Source: an uncultured bacterium (GTDB lineage Bacteria > Krumholzibacteriota > Krumholzibacteriia > JACNKJ01). Taken from it: a stretch of DNA of 64,000 bases. The stretch lies in NCBI GenBank assembly GCA_963695095.1, contig CAVOFT010000001.1:1632001-1696000 (forward strand), read 5' to 3'. The notes beneath the pieces were generated by a model. The model worked only from the letters and a program-made list of their open reading frames with translations, was not told the DNA's origin and ran no database searches. Shown here piece after piece: positions 9,202 through 20,235 of the stretch. The position numbers and the translations under genes were made by a program. The stretch's first letter is position 1; each line of letters opens with the position of its first letter.

Positions 9202-10320
9202 GTGGCCGCCTACAAGATCGCCTGGCTCCCCGGTGACGGAGTTGGCAAGGATGTGATGGATGCCGCCCGGCTGGTGCTGAACGCGCTCAAGATCGATGCC
9301 GAGTACACCCACGGGGACATCGGCTGGGAGTTCTGGTGCCAGGAGGGCAATGCCCTGCCCGATCGCACCCTGGACTTGCTGCGCGCAAGTGAGGCGGCAC
9401 TCTTCGGCGCCATCACGAGCAAGCCGGTCGGCGAGGCTGAGAAAGAGCTGGTGCCCGAGCTGAGGGGCAAGGGCCTCGTCTACTTCAGTCCCATCGTGCG
9501 CCTGCGCCAGGAATTCAACCTCCACACCAACCTGCGGCCCTGCAAGGCCTACCCGGGCAATCCCCTGAATCACAAGGAGGGGATCGACATCGTCGTGTTC
9601 CGCGAGAACACCGAGGGACTCTACGTCGGCATGGAGGCGCACCCGATCCCGGACGGGCTCTTCGACGCCATGGTCGCCCACATGCCCAAGACCAAGCGCT
9701 TCTCCAGCGTTCCGCGCGACGAGATGGCGATGAGCGTGCGCCTGGTCACCAAGGCGGGCTGCGCGAACATCGTGCGCCAGGCCTTCGAGTTCGCCAAGCG
9801 CGAGCAGCGCCGCAGCGTGACCCTGGTGGAGAAGCCCAATGTCCTGCGCCAGACCGGCGGGCTCTTCACCCGTGTCGCCCGCGAGGTCGCCAAGGACTAC
9901 CCCGGCATCCCGCTCTGGGAGACCAACATCGACGCCATGTGCATGTGGCTGGTGAAGAACCCCCAGGACTACGACGTGCTCGTGGCCGAGAACATGTTCG
10001 GCGACATCATCAGCGACCTCGCCGCGCAGCTGGTGGGGGGGCTGGGCTTCGCCGCCAGCGGCAACATCGGCGACAAGTTCGCGGTCTTCGAGCCGACGCA
10101 CGGCAGCGCGCCCAAGTACGCGGGCCAGAACAAGGTGAACCCGATGGCCATGCTGCTCTCGGCCAAGTTGATGCTCGATTTCCTGGACGAGAAGCCGGCT
10201 GGGGAGCGCTTGGAGAAGGCCATCGCCGCCGTCGTGGCCGAGGGCAAGGTGCGCACCTACGACATGGGCGGTAGCGCGACCACGCTCGAGATGGCCGAGG
10301 CGGTGGCGCGCAAGCTCTAG
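9202..10320 (+). CDS. isocitrate/isopropylmalate dehydrogenase family protein
   Basis: LPGDGVG, NLRPC, RENTEGLY, ENMFGDIISD, FEPTHGSAPKYAG; AGGAGG RBS with GTG start. Confidence 0.93.
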   Translation: MAAYKIAWLPGDGVGKDVMDAARLVLNALKIDAEYTHGDIGWEFWCQEGNALPDRTLDLLRASEAALFGAITSKPVGEAEKELVPELRGKGLVYFSPIVRLRQEFNLHTNLRPCKAYPGNPLNHKEGIDIVVFRENTEGLYVGMEAHPIPDGLFDAMVAHMPKTKRFSSVPRDEMAMSVRLVTKAGCANIVRQAFEFAKREQRRSVTLVEKPNVLRQTGGLFTRVAREVAKDYPGIPLWETNIDAMCMWLVKNPQDYDVLVAENMFGDIISDLAAQLVGGLGFAASGNIGDKFAVFEPTHGSAPKYAGQNKVNPMAMLLSAKLMLDFLDEKPAGERLEKAIAAVVAEGKVRTYDMGGSATTLEMAEAVARKL

Positions 10321-10325
10321 CGGCC

Positions 10326-11414
10326 ATGGCCGCGCGGCCGCTCGCCTGGCTCCTCATCGAGCCCTTCTACGGGGGCAGCCACCGGTCCCTCGTCGACGGC
10401 TTGGCCGAGCGGCTGGACCGGCCGGTCCTCCTCTGGACCCTGCCTGCCCGCCACTGGAAGTGGCGGATGCGCGGCGCGGCCCTGCACTTCGCCGAGCGCT
10501 GGCGGCGCGAGCGCCCCCAGGTGGCGGGCATCTTCGCCACCTCGCTCCTGGACGCCGCCGCCTTGCGCGGGCTCCTGCCCCCCGAGGCGGCGGCGCTGCC
10601 CTTCCTGCTCTACTTCCACGAGCAGCAGCTGGCCTATCCCGTGCGCCTCGCGGAGCCCCGTGATGCGCACTTCGCCTGGACGAATGTGCAGAGCGCAGCG
10701 GCGGCCGATCGCCTGCTCTGGAACTCAGCCTACAACCGCGACAGCTTCTTCGCCGCTCTACCGCTGCTCTTGGCGAGGCTGCCGGCGCCGCGCCTGACCC
10801 ACATGCCGGCCGCCCTGGCGGCGCGTTCGCAGGTGCTGCCCGTGCCGGCGGCACTGGCGGCCCTGGCCGCGGCGCCCCGGCCGCCGCGCGGCCCGCTCCC
10901 GCGCCTGCTGTGGAATCACCGCTGGGAGCACGACAAGGGTCCCGAGGAGTTCTTCGCGGCGCTGGCCGCCTTGGCGGCCGAGGGCTGGGCCTTCGAGGTC
11001 TCGGTGCTCGGCCAGCAGTTCCGCGGGGCGCCGGCCGTCTTCGCCGAGGCGAAGGCGGCCCTCGGCGAGCGCCTCCGCCACTGGGGCTACCTGGAGTCCC
11101 GCGCTGACTACAGCCGGGCCTTGCTCGAGGCGGACCTGGTGATCTCGACGGCCCGGCAGGAGTTCCAGGGCCTGGCGGTACTCGAGGCCGCCGCAGCCGG
11201 TTGCCTGCCGCTCGTGCCGGACGCGCTCGCCTATCCCGAAATCTGGCCGCCCGGTCGCCGCTACCCGCCGGGTGGACTGCTGCCGGCCCTGCGGGCCCAG
11301 CTCGCTCAGCCCGAGCGCTGGGCCGACGAAGCGGCGGCCTGCCGCCGCCTGGCGCTGGCCTGGGACTGGGAAGCGCTCTTGCCGCGCTGGCAGGCCCTGT
11401 TCCGCGCGCCCTGA
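10326..11414 (+). CDS. DUF3524-domain GT4-type glycosyltransferase (GTDC1/QTMAN-like)
   Basis: IEPFYGGSH, LPARHWKWRMRG, YFHEQQLAYP, WNHRWEHDKGPEEF, EFQGLAVLEA. Confidence 0.85.
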   Translation: MAARPLAWLLIEPFYGGSHRSLVDGLAERLDRPVLLWTLPARHWKWRMRGAALHFAERWRRERPQVAGIFATSLLDAAALRGLLPPEAAALPFLLYFHEQQLAYPVRLAEPRDAHFAWTNVQSAAAADRLLWNSAYNRDSFFAALPLLLARLPAPRLTHMPAALAARSQVLPVPAALAALAAAPRPPRGPLPRLLWNHRWEHDKGPEEFFAALAALAAEGWAFEVSVLGQQFRGAPAVFAEAKAALGERLRHWGYLESRADYSRALLEADLVISTARQEFQGLAVLEAAAAGCLPLVPDALAYPEIWPPGRRYPPGGLLPALRAQLAQPERWADEAAACRRLALAWDWEALLPRWQALFRAP

Positions 11415-11547
11415 AACCGCCCGCTGGTCCCCGGAGGCGCCGGCCGAATCAGATCAAGGCCGCTCCGTTCGTTGCCGATGACTTCCCCGAGAGCGGTTCC
11501 CGGCGAATCCACTCCAGACCCGGGGCGCCAAGGCCCCATGCAGGACC

Positions 11548-14500
11548 ATGCACCGCAATGCTCCCTTGCTGGCCCTTGCGCTGCTGACCGCCATGCCGGC
11601 TGCATTGAAGGCAGCCGCAGGCGGGCTGGGCGGCTATGCCGAGCTGGGCCTGGTCCACATCAGCAACTTCAAGACGCACGAGCTGGGCTTCAATCCGCAG
11701 AACTGGTCCGGCGCCCAGGATAGCCTGGGCGTGGTCTACGTGGGCAACACCGAGGGCCTGCTCGAGTACGACGGCCGCGAATGGCGGCGCGTGCCGGCCC
11801 TGGGGCAGGACGTCGTGCGCGCCGTCCACGCCGACCGCCGGGGGCGCATCTGCGTCGGCGGCCGTCGCGACTTCGGCGTGCTGGTCCCGGATTCCACCGG
11901 CCAGGCGTCGCTCGCCTCGCTGCGCCGCCTGCTCCCGGCCGCGGAGGCAGCGCGTGGCGAGGACGAGATTCTCAACATCGTGGAGACCAGTCAGGGGCTC
12001 TTCTTCCAAGGCCGCCAGGGCATCTACCTCTGGACCGGCGGCGAGGACAGCCTGCAGGTCTGGCGTCCCGGCGAGCGCTTCCACGGTCTCTTCGCCGCTC
12101 ACGATGAGGTGTACACCCGGCAGGTGGGCCTTGGCTTGCAGCGGCTCCTGCCGGACGGCGAGCTGGCCCTGCTCCCCGGCGGCGAGCGCTTTGCCGAGAG
12201 CAGTCTCAACGTGCTGCTCCCTCTGGCCGCTGGCGGTCTCCTGCTGGGCGGCGGCGACGACCATGGCCTCTACCGCTACGCAGGAGGCCGCTTCACGCCC
12301 CTGCCTCCGGAGCTGAACTATCGCCTGCAGGCGGCGCAGAGCTATCGGGCACTGGCGCTTGCCGACGGCAGCCTCCTGCTGGCCACCCTGCGCCAGGGGG
12401 TCCTGGTGCTGGACCTGGAGGCGGGCACGCTGCTCAGCGTCCAGGACAAGTCGGTAGGGCTCATCGACAACATGGTCCTGGGCCTGTTCCGCGATCAGCA
12501 GGGCGGGCTCTGGGCGACCTGCGACAATGGCATCTCGCGCCTGGAATTGCCTGCCCGTCTGAGCAGCTTCGACGAGCGCCTGGGCCTGGAGGGCTCCGTG
12601 GAGGCCATTGCGCGCGATGGCCAGCAGCTCTACGTGGCCACTTCCTGGGGTATCTATGCCTCGCAGCGCAGCGGGGGTCGCCTGCGCTTCGCCCGCGTGC
12701 CGGGTATCGCTACCCAGTGCTGGACCCTGCTCGCCACGGAGGCGGGCGTGCTCGCCGGCTGCAACGACGGTGTCTTCCGGGTCAGGCCGCAGGCCGCCGA
12801 GCGGGTGCTCGCCGATCCCACCGTCTTCGAGCTCAGCCGCTCGCTGGCGGATCCCGGACTCATCCTCGCCGGCGGGGAGGGAGGCCTGCGGCTGCTGCGG
12901 CTCAGCGCGGGGCAATGGCGCGCGGCGGGCCGCCTGGCCGGCATCGCCGGCGTCGTGCGCAGCGTCCGCCAGGATCGCGAGGGCGCCATCTACATCGCCT
13001 GGGACGAGGGCGGCGGCCTCGTGCTCAGCTATGGCGCCGGCCTCGATGCGGCGCCCACGGGCCGCTTCAAGCTGGGACCCGAGCCGGGGACGACGGCCAA
13101 TGCCGCGCTCTCGCTGCTTACCGTCGACGGGCAGGTGGCCATCGGCACCGAATTCGGGCTCTACCGGGCGCGCCTGGATGCTCGCGTGGGCGACGATCTC
13201 CTGCCGCTCGCGCCGGACAGCACCTTCGGCCGCGCCTTCGCCGACAGCAGCCGCGAGGTCTATCGCCTGGTTCAGGATGGTCGTGGCGCCGCCTGGATAG
13301 CCGGGGACGAGACGATCGGCTTCGTGCCGCGTGGCGGGCAGGCCGCTGAAGACTGGCAATCGCGAGACCTGATGCGCATTCCGCACCTGGCCAGCATGGC
13401 CCTGCTGCTCGAGCCCGATGGTGTGCTCTGGGTGGGCCACTACTACGGCCTCACCCGTCTCGATCAGCGGGCCCCCGCCCGCCACCTGGCCAGTTATCGC
13501 CCCTTGCTGCGCGTCAGCGCCGTGGATCCGGACTCGCTCCTGCGCGGCGTGCGCCCCGGTGGCCCCGCCGTCGAGGCGCTGCCGGCAGGCCTCGGCGCCC
13601 TGCGCTTCGAGTTCGCGGCGCCCAGCCTCGACGCTCCGGCCCGCACGCTCTTCCGCCACCGCCTGGACGGCTTCGATGACAAGTGGTCCGAGTGGTCTGT
13701 CGACACGCGCAAGGATTACACGAACCTGGCCGGCGGCAGCTACCGCTTCCGCGTCCAGGCCCGCGATCTCTACGGGACCGAGAGCGCCGAGGCCAGCTAT
13801 GCCTTTCGCATCCCCCTGCCCTGGACGCGGACCTGGTGGGCCTATGGCGGCCTCGGTCTGCTGCTGCTCGGCCTGGTGGCGCTGCTGGGGGGCGGCCTGA
13901 ACCGCTACCGGATGCGACTGCTCGAGGCGCGCATCCGTGAGCGCACCTCGCAGCTGGTGAAGATGGTGGGCGAACTGCAGACTTCGCAGCAGGAGGCCGA
14001 GCAGGCGCGCAGCGAGGCGGAGGCCGCCACGCGCGCCAAGAGCGAGTTCCTGGCCACGATGAGCCATGAGATCCGCACGCCGATGAACGGCGTCATCGGC
14101 ATGGCCCAGCTCATCCTGGACAGCGGACCCAACGATGAGCACCGCGACTACCTGGAGATCATCCGCAGCTCGGGCGATGCCCTGCTCGTGATCATCAACG
14201 ACATCCTCGATTTCTCGAAGATCGAGGCGGGCCTGCTCGAGCTGAGCGACGAGCCCTTCGCCCTGCACGAGTGCGTGGAAGAAGCGCTCGACCTCGTCTC
14301 CCTGCGCGTGGCCGAGAAGCGGCTGGAGCTTTCCTGCCTGCTGGCGCCGGAGTTGCCGCAGCTGATTCTCGGCGACGGTCCGCGCTTGCGCCAGATCTTG
14401 ATCAACCTGCTCTCGAACGCGGTGAAGTTCACCGAGCGCGGGGAAGTCGGCCTCCAGGTCGATGCGCGTGCGCTCACGGGCGATCGCGTCGAGCTGCACT

Positions 14501-15600
14501 TCAGCGTGCGCGACACCGGCATCGGCATCTCGCCGGAGGGGCAGGCGCGGCTGTTCAAGTCCTTCAGCCAGGTGGACGGTTCCACCTCGCGCAAGTACGG
14601 CGGCACCGGCCTCGGTCTCGCCATTTGCAAGCAGCTCTGCGAGCTGATGGGCGGCCGCATCTGGGTGGAGAGCGAGGCTGGGCGCGGCGCCGTCTTCCAC
14701 TTCACGATGCGCGCGCCGGTGCTGGAGCTGGGGGGGCAGACGCCCCCGTCGCCCGCCCTGGCGGGGCGACGGGCCCTGCTGGTGGAGGACAACGCCGCGA
14801 GCCGCGCCGCGCTGTTGCTGGCGCTGCGCGGCCAGGGGCTCGCGGTCCGCGCCGCGGCGAGCGGCGAGGAAGCGCTCTCCAGCCTGGCTGCGAGCGAGGC
14901 CGAGGGCGAAGGCCTCGACCTGCTGCTCGTGGACGAGGATCTCGGCGGACTCGACCGCGGCGATTGCGCACAGCGTCTGGCGACCTTGCTCGCGCCGCGC
15001 GGCGTGCCGGTGATCCTCCTCCAAGGGCCGGGGCTGGGCGGAGGGCGCCTGGAGGATCCCGGCTTCGTCGGCGCCCTGACCAAGCCGGTCAAGGCGAGTC
15101 AGCTTGCGCAGCTGCTGTCGATGATCTTCGCCGAGGGGCGGACTGGCGAGCGGCCGCCGGCGGGCGCCAGGCCACTGGCCGTGCTGGCGGGCGGACGGGA
15201 TGGCGTCGGCTCCAGCGAGTCTCCCCTGCGCATCTTGCTTGCCGAGGACAACCAGGTCAACCAGAAGGTCGCCCTCAGCATGCTGAGACGCCTGGGCCTG
15301 CGTGCGGATCTGGCCGAGAACGGCCTCGTCGCCCTGCAGCGCCTGGCGGAACAGGACTACGATCTCGTGCTGATGGATATGCAGATGCCCCAGCTGGATG
15401 GGCTGGCCGCCACGCGCCGCATCCGCGCCGAGCTACCGCTGGAGCGGCAGCCGCGCATCGTCGCCGTCACCGCCAATGCCATGAAGGGCGACCGCGAGCG
15501 CTGCCTGGAGGCCGGCATGGACGACTACGTGAGCAAGCCGCTGCGCAAGGAAGACCTCGAAGGCGCCCTGGCGCGCGCCGGCCTGCTGGCGCGGCCCTAG
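11548..15600 (+). CDS. hybrid sensor histidine kinase (periplasmic beta-propeller + Y_Y_Y, TM, HisKA, HATPase, two receivers)
   Basis: [58 protein letters not shown]...LMDMQMP...SKP. Confidence 0.95.
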   Translation: MHRNAPLLALALLTAMPAALKAAAGGLGGYAELGLVHISNFKTHELGFNPQNWSGAQDSLGVVYVGNTEGLLEYDGREWRRVPALGQDVVRAVHADRRGRICVGGRRDFGVLVPDSTGQASLASLRRLLPAAEAARGEDEILNIVETSQGLFFQGRQGIYLWTGGEDSLQVWRPGERFHGLFAAHDEVYTRQVGLGLQRLLPDGELALLPGGERFAESSLNVLLPLAAGGLLLGGGDDHGLYRYAGGRFTPLPPELNYRLQAAQSYRALALADGSLLLATLRQGVLVLDLEAGTLLSVQDKSVGLIDNMVLGLFRDQQGGLWATCDNGISRLELPARLSSFDERLGLEGSVEAIARDGQQLYVATSWGIYASQRSGGRLRFARVPGIATQCWTLLATEAGVLAGCNDGVFRVRPQAAERVLADPTVFELSRSLADPGLILAGGEGGLRLLRLSAGQWRAAGRLAGIAGVVRSVRQDREGAIYIAWDEGGGLVLSYGAGLDAAPTGRFKLGPEPGTTANAALSLLTVDGQVAIGTEFGLYRARLDARVGDDLLPLAPDSTFGRAFADSSREVYRLVQDGRGAAWIAGDETIGFVPRGGQAAEDWQSRDLMRIPHLASMALLLEPDGVLWVGHYYGLTRLDQRAPARHLASYRPLLRVSAVDPDSLLRGVRPGGPAVEALPAGLGALRFEFAAPSLDAPARTLFRHRLDGFDDKWSEWSVDTRKDYTNLAGGSYRFRVQARDLYGTESAEASYAFRIPLPWTRTWWAYGGLGLLLLGLVALLGGGLNRYRMRLLEARIRERTSQLVKMVGELQTSQQEAEQARSEAEAATRAKSEFLATMSHEIRTPMNGVIGMAQLILDSGPNDEHRDYLEIIRSSGDALLVIINDILDFSKIEAGLLELSDEPFALHECVEEALDLVSLRVAEKRLELSCLLAPELPQLILGDGPRLRQILINLLSNAVKFTERGEVGLQVDARALTGDRVELHFSVRDTGIGISPEGQARLFKSFSQVDGSTSRKYGGTGLGLAICKQLCELMGGRIWVESEAGRGAVFHFTMRAPVLELGGQTPPSPALAGRRALLVEDNAASRAALLLALRGQGLAVRAAASGEEALSSLAASEAEGEGLDLLLVDEDLGGLDRGDCAQRLATLLAPRGVPVILLQGPGLGGGRLEDPGFVGALTKPVKASQLAQLLSMIFAEGRTGERPPAGARPLAVLAGGRDGVGSSESPLRILLAEDNQVNQKVALSMLRRLGLRADLAENGLVALQRLAEQDYDLVLMDMQMPQLDGLAATRRIRAELPLERQPRIVAVTANAMKGDRERCLEAGMDDYVSKPLRKEDLEGALARAGLLARP

Positions 15601-15612
15601 GCCGGTCGCCGC

Positions 15613-17181
15613 CTAGGGGCTCGCGGTCTCGGGCACCGCGTAGACCACGTCGAGCAGGGTCCCGTCCACCCACTTCACCGCGCCCACGATCCTGTCGCTC
15701 ACGCGCGGCGGGGCGGGCTTGCCGCCGCAGATCGCCTCCACCTCGGCCTGCAACTCGGCGATGGGCCGCAGCGGCAGACCCGCGGCCCGCGCCGCCGTCG
15801 CCAGGTCCTCGCGGCGCGGGTTCACCGCCAGTCCGCGCTCCGTGACGACGACGTCGATGAGCTCGCCTGGGCCGCAAAGCGTGGTGACTTCATCCACGAG
15901 CACCGGGATGCGATCGCGGTAGGAAGGGATGGGCAGGATGGTCACCTTGGCGGTGAGGCAGTTCTGCCAGCCGCCGATGCCGTGCAGCATGAGGCCGTCG
16001 GAGTGGGTGACCACGTTGGCGTTGAAGTGGCGGTCCACCTCGGTGGCGCCGAGAATGGCGAAGTCGACCAGGGAGGCGAAATTGCCCTTGCCGTGCCAGT
16101 TGTAGCTGGTGAAGGGGCTGGTTGCCACGTGACGCGGGTTCTCGCGCATCGAGCGCACGCCCTCGAGGTCGAAGGTCTGACCGTCGAGGATGTAGTCGGC
16201 CAGGCCCTCCTCGAGCATCTCGACGAGGTACTTGGTCGAGCCGCCGCGCAGGAAGCGCGCGCGCACGCCATCGGCCAGCATCATCTCCTTGAGGAAGAGC
16301 GCCGAGGCCAGCGCCGTGCCGCCGGCGCCGGCCTGCATCGAGAAGCCGTCGCGATAGTAGGGCGTAGCGCGCATGAAGCGCGCGGTGAGCTCGGAAATCA
16401 ACAGGCGGTCGGGACTCTTCGTGAGCACCGTGGTGCCGCTGACGATCTGGGCCGGGTCACCGATCGAGTCCAGCTCGACCACGTAGTCCACGTTGTTGCC
16501 CTGGATCTGCCAGGGCACGCAGGGGAAGGGCACCAGGTTGTCGGTGACGACGATGACGCGGTCGGCGTACATCGAATCGACGAGGCCGAAGTTGAGGCTG
16601 CCGCAGGCGCTGGGCCCGCGGTCACCGGTGGCGTTGCCGAAGGCGTCCGCCGTGGGGGCGGGCAGGATGGCGATGTCGATGTGCACCTCGCCGTCCTGGA
16701 CGGCCTGCCAGCGGCCGCCGTGGCTGCGCAGCACGGCGACGCCGTTCATGTGGCCGCGGCTGGCGAAGTGGCCGAGGGGGCCGTTGAGCGAGCCCTCGAC
16801 GCGGCGGACGACGCCCGCCTTCATCAGCTCGATGATCGGCGCGTGACAGGGGAAGGCGGCGCTGGGGAACCAGACGAGGTCCTTGACGCCGAGTTCCGCC
16901 GCGGCCTGGAAGACGAGGTTCATCACCCGGTCGCCGTTGCGGAAGTGGTGGTGGTTGCTGATCGTCATGCCATCGCGCAGGCCGCAATGGCGCAGCGCTT
17001 CCTTGATGCTCGCCACGCGCTTGTCGCCGTCGGCGGGGTAGTCCGCGCAGTGGCGGATCGGCGGTGCTGCCTTGCGGCCGGTCGGGGCGAACTGCCCGAG
17101 GCCCTGGTAGGGCACCTGGGGGACGCCGTTGATTGCCGTGGGCACCTTGCGCCCCGCGGCGTTGACGGTGAACTCGCTCAC
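15613..17181 (-). CDS. citF: citrate lyase alpha subunit (citrate CoA-transferase)
   Basis: GLRDGMTISNHHHFRNGD, LRSHGGR, DGQTFD, FNANVVTHSDG, DVVVTERG. Confidence 0.92.
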   Translation of the reverse strand: MSEFTVNAAGRKVPTAINGVPQVPYQGLGQFAPTGRKAAPPIRHCADYPADGDKRVASIKEALRHCGLRDGMTISNHHHFRNGDRVMNLVFQAAAELGVKDLVWFPSAAFPCHAPIIELMKAGVVRRVEGSLNGPLGHFASRGHMNGVAVLRSHGGRWQAVQDGEVHIDIAILPAPTADAFGNATGDRGPSACGSLNFGLVDSMYADRVIVVTDNLVPFPCVPWQIQGNNVDYVVELDSIGDPAQIVSGTTVLTKSPDRLLISELTARFMRATPYYRDGFSMQAGAGGTALASALFLKEMMLADGVRARFLRGGSTKYLVEMLEEGLADYILDGQTFDLEGVRSMRENPRHVATSPFTSYNWHGKGNFASLVDFAILGATEVDRHFNANVVTHSDGLMLHGIGGWQNCLTAKVTILPIPSYRDRIPVLVDEVTTLCGPGELIDVVVTERGLAVNPRREDLATAARAAGLPLRPIAELQAEVEAICGGKPAPPRVSDRIVGAVKWVDGTLLDVVYAVPETASP

Positions 17182-18407
17182 GACGCCACCTCCTCTGCCT
17201 CGCGCCAGTCCGCGGCCAGGCGACCGGTGGCGACGGCGAGCTGAACCGTGTGCTGGGCGCGCTTCACCACGGGCGGATCGATCATCTTGCTGCCCAGGCT
17301 CACCACCCCGAGCCCCCTGGCCACGGCCGCCTCGAAGGCGAGCACGATCCGGCGCGCCTTGTCGACCTCGGCCGGCTCCGGCGCGAAGGCCTCGTGGACG
17401 ACGCGGATCTGCCGCGGGTGGATGCAGCCCTTGCCGTCGAAGCCCAGCGCGCGGGCTTCGAGCACGCTGGCGCGCAGGCCCGCCATGTCGTCGACATCGC
17501 TGAAGACGGTGTCGATGGGCTGGACGCCGGCCGCCCGGGCGGCATTGACGATCACCGAGCGCAGCCAGAAGCTCTCGCGGCCCTCGGCCGTGCGCGCCAC
17601 GCCGAGGTCGGCGGTGTAGTCCTCCAGGCCGAGGGCGAGGGCGACGACGCTGGGGTCGGCGCCCGCGATCTCCAGGGCGCGCAGGGCGCCCAGGGCGCTC
17701 TCGACGATGGGCATCAGCCAGATGGGCTCGCTGCGGCCGCAGGCGGCGGCCAGTTCACGCGCACGGGCGGCGACGGCGGCCACCTGGTCGGCGCTCTCCA
17801 CCTTCGGGATCAGGATGAGCTGAACGGCGTGCGGGATCAGCCAGTCGAGATCCACGAGACCGTGTGGGCCTTGATTGATGCGCACCATCAGCTCGGCGGC
17901 GCCGAAGTCGACGCTGCGCAGAGCGTTGCGCACGAGGCAGCGGGCGGCATCCTTCTCGGCCGGCGCCACCGAGTCTTCGAGGTCGAGGATGACGGCGTCG
18001 GGGCCGTGGAGGCCGGCGTTGAGCATCAGCTTGGGCTGGGTGCCGGGCAGGTAGAGCCGGCTGCGCCGGAAGCGGTCCCGGGGCGAGGGAGGCGGGGCCG
18101 GCCGCGTGACGGGCGGCAGCAGTTCCGGGCACTCGCCGCCGCGGGCGCGGCGGGCGGCCGTCTCCAGGCGGGCGGCGATCACGAAGGGCAGCGCGCCGCT
18201 GTCTTCCATCTCCAGGCGGGCATGGGCGATGCCGAGCGCCGCCAGTCCCGCGGCAAGCTGGGCCCGGATGGCCTCACCGTACATCGACTCCACCTTCGAG
18301 CGCAGAGCGATCTCGATGCCGCCCGCCTCGCGCAGTTCCAGGGCAATCCAGCAATCCGAGCGGACGTCCGCCCCACGGGCGCCCGCCTCGGCCATGGCAG
18401 CGCTCAT
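17178..18407 (-). CDS. citE: fused citrate lyase acyl carrier protein (CitD) and beta subunit (CitE)
   Basis: N-terminal RSDC, SKVESMYG, DSGALPFVIAAR is CitD-like; RRSRLYLPG, ILDLEDSV, GKGCIHPRQ, MIDPPVV is CitE. Confidence 0.88.
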   Translation of the reverse strand: MSAAMAEAGARGADVRSDCWIALELREAGGIEIALRSKVESMYGEAIRAQLAAGLAALGIAHARLEMEDSGALPFVIAARLETAARRARGGECPELLPPVTRPAPPPSPRDRFRRSRLYLPGTQPKLMLNAGLHGPDAVILDLEDSVAPAEKDAARCLVRNALRSVDFGAAELMVRINQGPHGLVDLDWLIPHAVQLILIPKVESADQVAAVAARARELAAACGRSEPIWLMPIVESALGALRALEIAGADPSVVALALGLEDYTADLGVARTAEGRESFWLRSVIVNAARAAGVQPIDTVFSDVDDMAGLRASVLEARALGFDGKGCIHPRQIRVVHEAFAPEPAEVDKARRIVLAFEAAVARGLGVVSLGSKMIDPPVVKRAQHTVQLAVATGRLAADWREAEEVAS

Positions 18408-18490
18408 TCCCCGCCTCGTTTCGTTGAATGGATCGAGCAGCGGCAACAAATAGCACGGCCCGGCGGCGCTGCGCAATGGCCGCCCGCGGG

Positions 18491-18910
18491 CTACTCCGCC
18501 AGCGTGGAGGCCCGGGTCAGCCGCGAGAAGCGCACGCCCTTGAGGCCGCCGATACGGATGGCCAGCTTTTCGATCTCGGCCGGGCGGCCGCGCAGGAGGA
18601 TCACCTCCAGGCAGTGGTGGTGGTCCACGTGGACGTGCGTGCTGCAGAGCACGTTGATGTAGCGGTTGTGCTGGGCCTCGGCGAGCCGGTCGGCGAGGCC
18701 CCGCTGGTGGTGATCATAGCTGATCGTCAGCGTGCCGTAGACGGTGCCGCGGCCCCGCTCCCACTTCTCGGTCACCAGGCGCTCGCGGATGAGGTCGCGC
18801 ACGAGTTCGGAGCGGGAGGGATAGCCCTGGCGCGTGACGCGCCGGTCGAGCTCCGCCAGGAGCCCGGCGGGCAGGGATACGCTGAAGCGCTGCAGGTCCG
18901 CTTTGGCCAT
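18491..18910 (-). CDS. nikR: nickel-responsive transcriptional regulator
   Basis: Ribbon-helix-helix RFSVSLP...[28 protein letters not shown]. Confidence 0.95.
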   Translation of the reverse strand: MAKADLQRFSVSLPAGLLAELDRRVTRQGYPSRSELVRDLIRERLVTEKWERGRGTVYGTLTISYDHHQRGLADRLAEAQHNRYINVLCSTHVHVDHHHCLEVILLRGRPAEIEKLAIRIGGLKGVRFSRLTRASTLAE

Positions 18911-18914
18911 GGTC

Positions 18915-19691
18915 TCAATCCCAGTCGTGGAGGTGGTAGTGCCGGTGCTCGAGCTCGCCGTGGCGGTGGCCGTGCCGGTGCAGGAGGCCGGCGGCCAGCA
19001 GCCGTTCAGGGTCGGCGAGCAGGGGCGCCAGGGGGCCATCGTGGAGCAGGCCGCCGGCCGGGGACAGCAGGAGGGCACGTTCGCCCAGCTCGGCGGCCAG
19101 GCTGAGCCGATGGGTACTGACCAGCACCGCGGCCGCCGAGGCTGCCAGGGCGTCCACGAGCCAGCCCGTCGCCGGCGGGTCGAGATGGGCGGTGGGCTCG
19201 TCCAGGAGCAGGAGCTTGGGCTCGAGGGCGAAGAGGCAGGCCAGGCCCAGGCGCTGCTGCTGGCCGCCGCTGAGGCGGAAAGGCGGTCGCTCGAGCTCGG
19301 CCGCCAGGCCCACGGCCGCAGCCCAGTGCGCAGCCCGCGCTTCGGCGTCGGGGAGGCCGAGCTGGCGGGGGCCGAAGGCGATCTCATCCCGCACGGTGGG
19401 GTTGAAGAACATCAGCTCCGGCCGCTGGAAGAGCAGGCCCACCTCGGCGCGGAACTGCCGCCTGAAGGCGCGCTCGCCGAAGGCCGCGCGGCCGAGCGGC
19501 CGGCCCCCGTAGCGCAGCTCGCCCGACCGGGTGAAGAGGAGGCCGTCCAGAAGCTTGAGCAGCGTCGACTTGCCGGCGCCGTTCGCGCCCAGGAGGATCA
19601 CCTTTTCGCCGGGGGCGATCCGGAAGTCCAGCGCAGCGAGCACGGGCGCGCCGCCGGGATAGGCGAAGCCGAGCCCCCTGGCCTCAATCAT
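18915..19691 (-). CDS. nikO: ECF transporter ATPase (NikO/CbiO) with His-rich tail
   Basis: [22 protein letters not shown]-terminus [21 protein letters not shown]. Confidence 0.88.
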   Translation of the reverse strand: MIEARGLGFAYPGGAPVLAALDFRIAPGEKVILLGANGAGKSTLLKLLDGLLFTRSGELRYGGRPLGRAAFGERAFRRQFRAEVGLLFQRPELMFFNPTVRDEIAFGPRQLGLPDAEARAAHWAAAVGLAAELERPPFRLSGGQQQRLGLACLFALEPKLLLLDEPTAHLDPPATGWLVDALAASAAAVLVSTHRLSLAAELGERALLLSPAGGLLHDGPLAPLLADPERLLAAGLLHRHGHRHGELEHRHYHLHDWD

Positions 19692-20235
19692 GATCCCAGC
19701 CCCGGGAGCGCAGGGCCTGGGCCAGCTCGACGCTGGCCGCCTCGCTGCGCAGGATGAAGTGGCGGCCCATGACGCCGGCGTGGCGGTAGAGCAGGCCCAA
19801 GCCGGGCCGCTCGAGGCTGCGGCTGGCCAGGGCGAGGCGAAAGTCGGCCAGCAGCCGGCGACCCGTCGCGATCTGACCGGCGGCGAGCACCAGCACCGCG
19901 CTCAGCCGGCGCCAGGGCGCGAGGGCCCGAAAGCAGTTCACCCTCTGCACGAGGAGCAGGCTGAGGCTCGCGATGAGCAGGAGGCGCAGGTCCGTGCGCA
20001 GCAGGTAGGCCGCGCGCGAGCCGCCTCCGGCCAGCGGCAGCGCCAGCAACGAGAGGTTGAGCACGAGCAGGAAGGGCAGCGTGGCGAGCAGGGCTCGCCG
20101 GGCCAGGCGCGGCGCCCCGCGTCCGGCGGCCAGCAGCGCCAGCGCGAGGCCGGCCGCCAGCAGGGCCGGCGCGTGGACCATCGTGGCGGCCAGCACGGCG
20201 ACGAGATAGGCAGCCAGGCCCAGGCGGTCCCTCAT
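19684..20235 (-). CDS. ECF transporter T component (NikQ/CbiQ-like)
   Basis: Hydrophobic; ALASR and ALRSRG coupling motifs; lies between the M and O components. Confidence 0.75.
   Translation of the reverse strand: MRDRLGLAAYLVAVLAATMVHAPALLAAGLALALLAAGRGAPRLARRALLATLPFLLVLNLSLLALPLAGGGSRAAYLLRTDLRLLLIASLSLLLVQRVNCFRALAPWRRLSAVLVLAAGQIATGRRLLADFRLALASRSLERPGLGLLYRHAGVMGRHFILRSEAASVELAQALRSRGWDHD

Noticed and set aside
11449..15024. 1191-aa minus-strand ORF (similar cases at 29768-31879, 42104-44512, 47584-49725)
   Set aside because: Antisense to well-supported genes, with no recognisable motifs
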